DNA from: Podarcis vaucheri
Lineage: Eukaryota
NCBI GenBank assembly: GCA_965113315.1
Contig: OZ220366.1
Length of the DNA stretch: 64,000 nt
Direction: 5' to 3' (one strand)
The position numbers and the translations under genes were made by a program. Position 1 is the first letter of the stretch. Every line of letters starts with the position of its first letter. The notes under the pieces were generated by a model. The model made no database searches. It was not told the origin of the DNA and was given only the letters and a program-made list of their open reading frames with translations. Below are positions 61,293 to 64,000 of the stretch, piece by piece.

Positions 61293-63812
61293 TTAGGAAT
61301 TCAATCAGGATTAATTACATTAAGCAATTACCTCCATCCCCAGAAGTTTTGTTGTACCAGACCACCATCCTGTTAAAACACACAGGCCTCACACACTCCA
61401 TACATTTACCGCCCCCCATACGGGAAACTGTAGTTTACCTCAGACAAAGCTACAATCCACACCACAGTTTCCAATATTCTTGGGATGTGTTTGTGCTTTA
61501 AATGAGTCTGCCCAGACTTCGCAGAAGGATTAGACAGTGGAGCAATTTACAAAAGGCAGATGCCATGTCACTGGCAGTTTTAAATTGTTATGCTTTTGTG
61601 TATCACTTTAGGTGATTTCACATTGGTGTAAGATTGGAGCCTTGATAAGCTCTGTTTGTGGAAGGTTTCCATGCATGGGGCTCACAATCACCGGATCTGA
61701 CCCACATTAATTCATCTCCACACATTATATGCACATAGGCTTTCTCCAGGTTTACATGTGGAGGCTGGGGGCAGAACCAGTGGCCCAGTCCGGTTTTCTC
61801 TTTCACATATTTGTACCCAGGGCTTTCCCCCCCAGCAGGAACTCACTGGAACTCAGGTGGGCACCACTGCCATTATAAGGGAACAAGGGAAGCGTCCATG
61901 GTGAATTCGGGCACCTCTTTTTCTAGAAACAAGCAATAATTGTACCCATGATTCAAAGAAAACTGTACCGCCTTGTATTCTTTTCCAGTTGTAACATTAT
62001 TTGGAATTTTTATGGACTCGTGGATTCTTAAGGAGGTTTGTGACTCATGAAGTGAATGCTGGTGGCTTGCACAAGCTTGTCTTAACACCAACCCTCTTCT
62101 ACAGGTAAAGTTTGGCTTGGAAGTTATATCTTACATGCCAGAAGGTCTTGTGGCAGAACTGTAGCTTTTGGCTAAAAAGCCTCTTTCATAGTAGAAAGTA
62201 AATTTACTCTTTGTAGATGGGTCCATTCTATTTTCCCTTTTTAAATATAGGCACTGTCTAAAAAGGCTGCAGAAGAAACTCTACTGAGGAAGTGAAAGGG
62301 GCTAAGAGGAAGCTTATAAAAAACAGAATGAATAGGTCAGCATTTATGGGCATCTTTCATGTCTAAAGTTACTGTCCAAACTGCTGACGACACTTAATGT
62401 AATATTAGAAAAGGGATGCATTCTGCTAGCATCATAATACAAAATGGAATGGTGTGTTCAAAGGAGGCTATTTTTACTGTAAACCACCAACAGAGGAATT
62501 TCTTAGGAGAAGTGGTATATTTAAAATAGAGAAATGTTTAGTCTAGCTCCTATGGCTAAATGCCTTCTTAACAAAATTTCAGAAACATGTCACTGTATAC
62601 ATAGGCTTATTCCACATAAATATGTTGCAAAAACCACACCAATGACTGTGATGAATTTGGAGGGCATTCCACATACTATGGACACAATTTCTATTTCTTG
62701 TGTTTCCCCTGGGTTAGATGCCATCTTTCTCCTCTTTAAACTAGCAGTCCAGTCTGCACTCATTTCCACTGGATTCCTGTTTCAAAACACAAGAATTGCC
62801 ATAATGGATTACACCAAGGTCCATCTTTCTTAGCATTCCTTTCTGACAGAGTCCAGCAAGATACCTTTGTAAAGTTCACAGGGAAGGCACAATGGCGACA
62901 ATTACTGTTAGGGTTTTTTTGCCCAGCATCTGATAAATATACAAGCTTCCTCTGAACACAGAGGTCCTATTTAACAATGATTTCTAAGTTCAGAAGTGAG
63001 TGTAGATCCTTAGGTAGCCAAAACTGCAGCATCCATGCACAAGAGGGAGGTATCAGGTTGGGGGGTAACGAAAAGCTTTCCAGAAGTACACACAAACACA
63101 TATAGCTTTAGGAAGAAAACCCCTGAGAGTAGACCTCAAAAAAGCCAGGTGAGGCCTGAATGTGCTCAGTGGCTGATTCATTGTTGGGTTGGGAGAGGGT
63201 GGAAAACCAAGTCAGAGGAAGAATGGAATGAAGTATCCTAACAGAGGACATGGCTGACAGAATGGAACCATGAACTCTGCACTGCAGTGGTTTGTTGCAG
63301 AGCTCACTTGTCATAGGAAATCTTCATTAATCATGTTTACATCCAATAAATTATTTTTAGCAATTGATTGACTGATATTTTAGAATATGTTCTGTATTTT
63401 ACTGAATGTTATTTCACTGTTGATTGTATTTTTTCTGGACGTTGGCAATATATATATTTTGCAGATTAAAAAAAATGTGGACGAAGAAGATGAGGAAGAT
63501 ATGTTGAAGTGCCCTTCCCTTTCAGAGTATTTGAAACAAAAGTGGTTTGTCCTACCAAATGTTGAAACAGGAACTGAAAAGAAAAGCTCTGAGCTTAAAA
63601 GTACGCAGAGAACACCTGGAATCTACTTTTCACTCAAGATGTCAGAAATGCCCTGGGCAATTTTATGTTTTGAATGGTTAAAATGATATAACATGGGGCA
63701 TAAAATGGAAAACAACAGGCATCAAATAGTAAAAAACAAAAACAAATATAACACATGGTAGTAGGAGCATGAGACAGGCAAAAATGTGTACTGGGTGTGC
63801 CATTTCAGATTC

Positions 63813-63848
<36 letters not shown>

Positions 63849-63870
63849 CGTGTGCGTACGCTTGCGTGTG
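63813..63870. repeat. (TG)n / alternating purine-pyrimidine tract
   Basis: direct read. Confidence 0.9.
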
Positions 63871-64000
63871 ATGATTTTTAGCAAGGCTCAACAGCCTCAA
63901 CAGCCTACTCTTGAATATGTTTGATACTAGTAAAGCAAATTACCGTATTTTATTTCAAGAGCAATGTTATTTTTATACATTCATCCTTCACCCTACCTTC

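Larger units (their letters stand above)
55641..63690 (+). pseudogene. Putative decayed multi-exon coiled-coil gene, tentatively CCDC91-like (exon relics ~55641-55715, 56951-57095, 58045-58076, 58196-58304, 59509-59679, 62251-62335, 63465-63600+)
   Basis: Purine-rich segments bounded by AG/GT. They encode K/E/Q-rich peptides with stops and frameshifts, in an order collinear with the recalled CCDC91 C-terminal half. Alignment was by eye only. Confidence 0.4.

Noticed and set aside
60936-61376. 146-aa ORF with poly-Glu
   Set aside because: The poly-E comes from a microsatellite, the annotated start codon is TTG, and no family resemblance was found.

Overview
Vertebrate genomic DNA, very probably from a squamate reptile. 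The Sauria-type SINEs, BovB and CR1 LINEs and hAT/Tc1 MITEs look lacertid-like. It is not prokaryotic, and there are no CRISPR arrays, operons or true tRNA/rRNA genes. One complete protein-coding gene is present: NFKBIZ (IkappaB-zeta) on the + strand, with 12 coding exons from 21087 to 32471, all GT-AG and phase-consistent (2106 nt CDS, 701 aa). It has a CpG-island/TATA promoter and a 3'UTR carrying the Regnase-1/Roquin-type stem-loop cassette. The rest is repeat-rich intergenic sequence with several clusters of immune transcription-factor motifs (kB, ISRE/IRF, GAS, C/EBP-ATF). Leading candidates for a second look: (1) a chain of + strand exon-like relics at about 55.6-63.7 kb with splice sites, stops and frameshifts, which read as a coiled-coil protein collinear with CCDC91 and may be an unannotated decayed paralog; (2) a 156-bp MITE with a 9-bp TSD that delivers a perfect GGGAATTTCC kB site into NFKBIZ intron 1; (3) two different hAT MITEs inserted in tandem into the same 8-bp target, which is triplicated; (4) a perfect 28-bp palindrome containing two abutting GAS motifs inside an IRF-rich cluster. 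All homology statements come from recalled sequences compared by eye; no searches were run.
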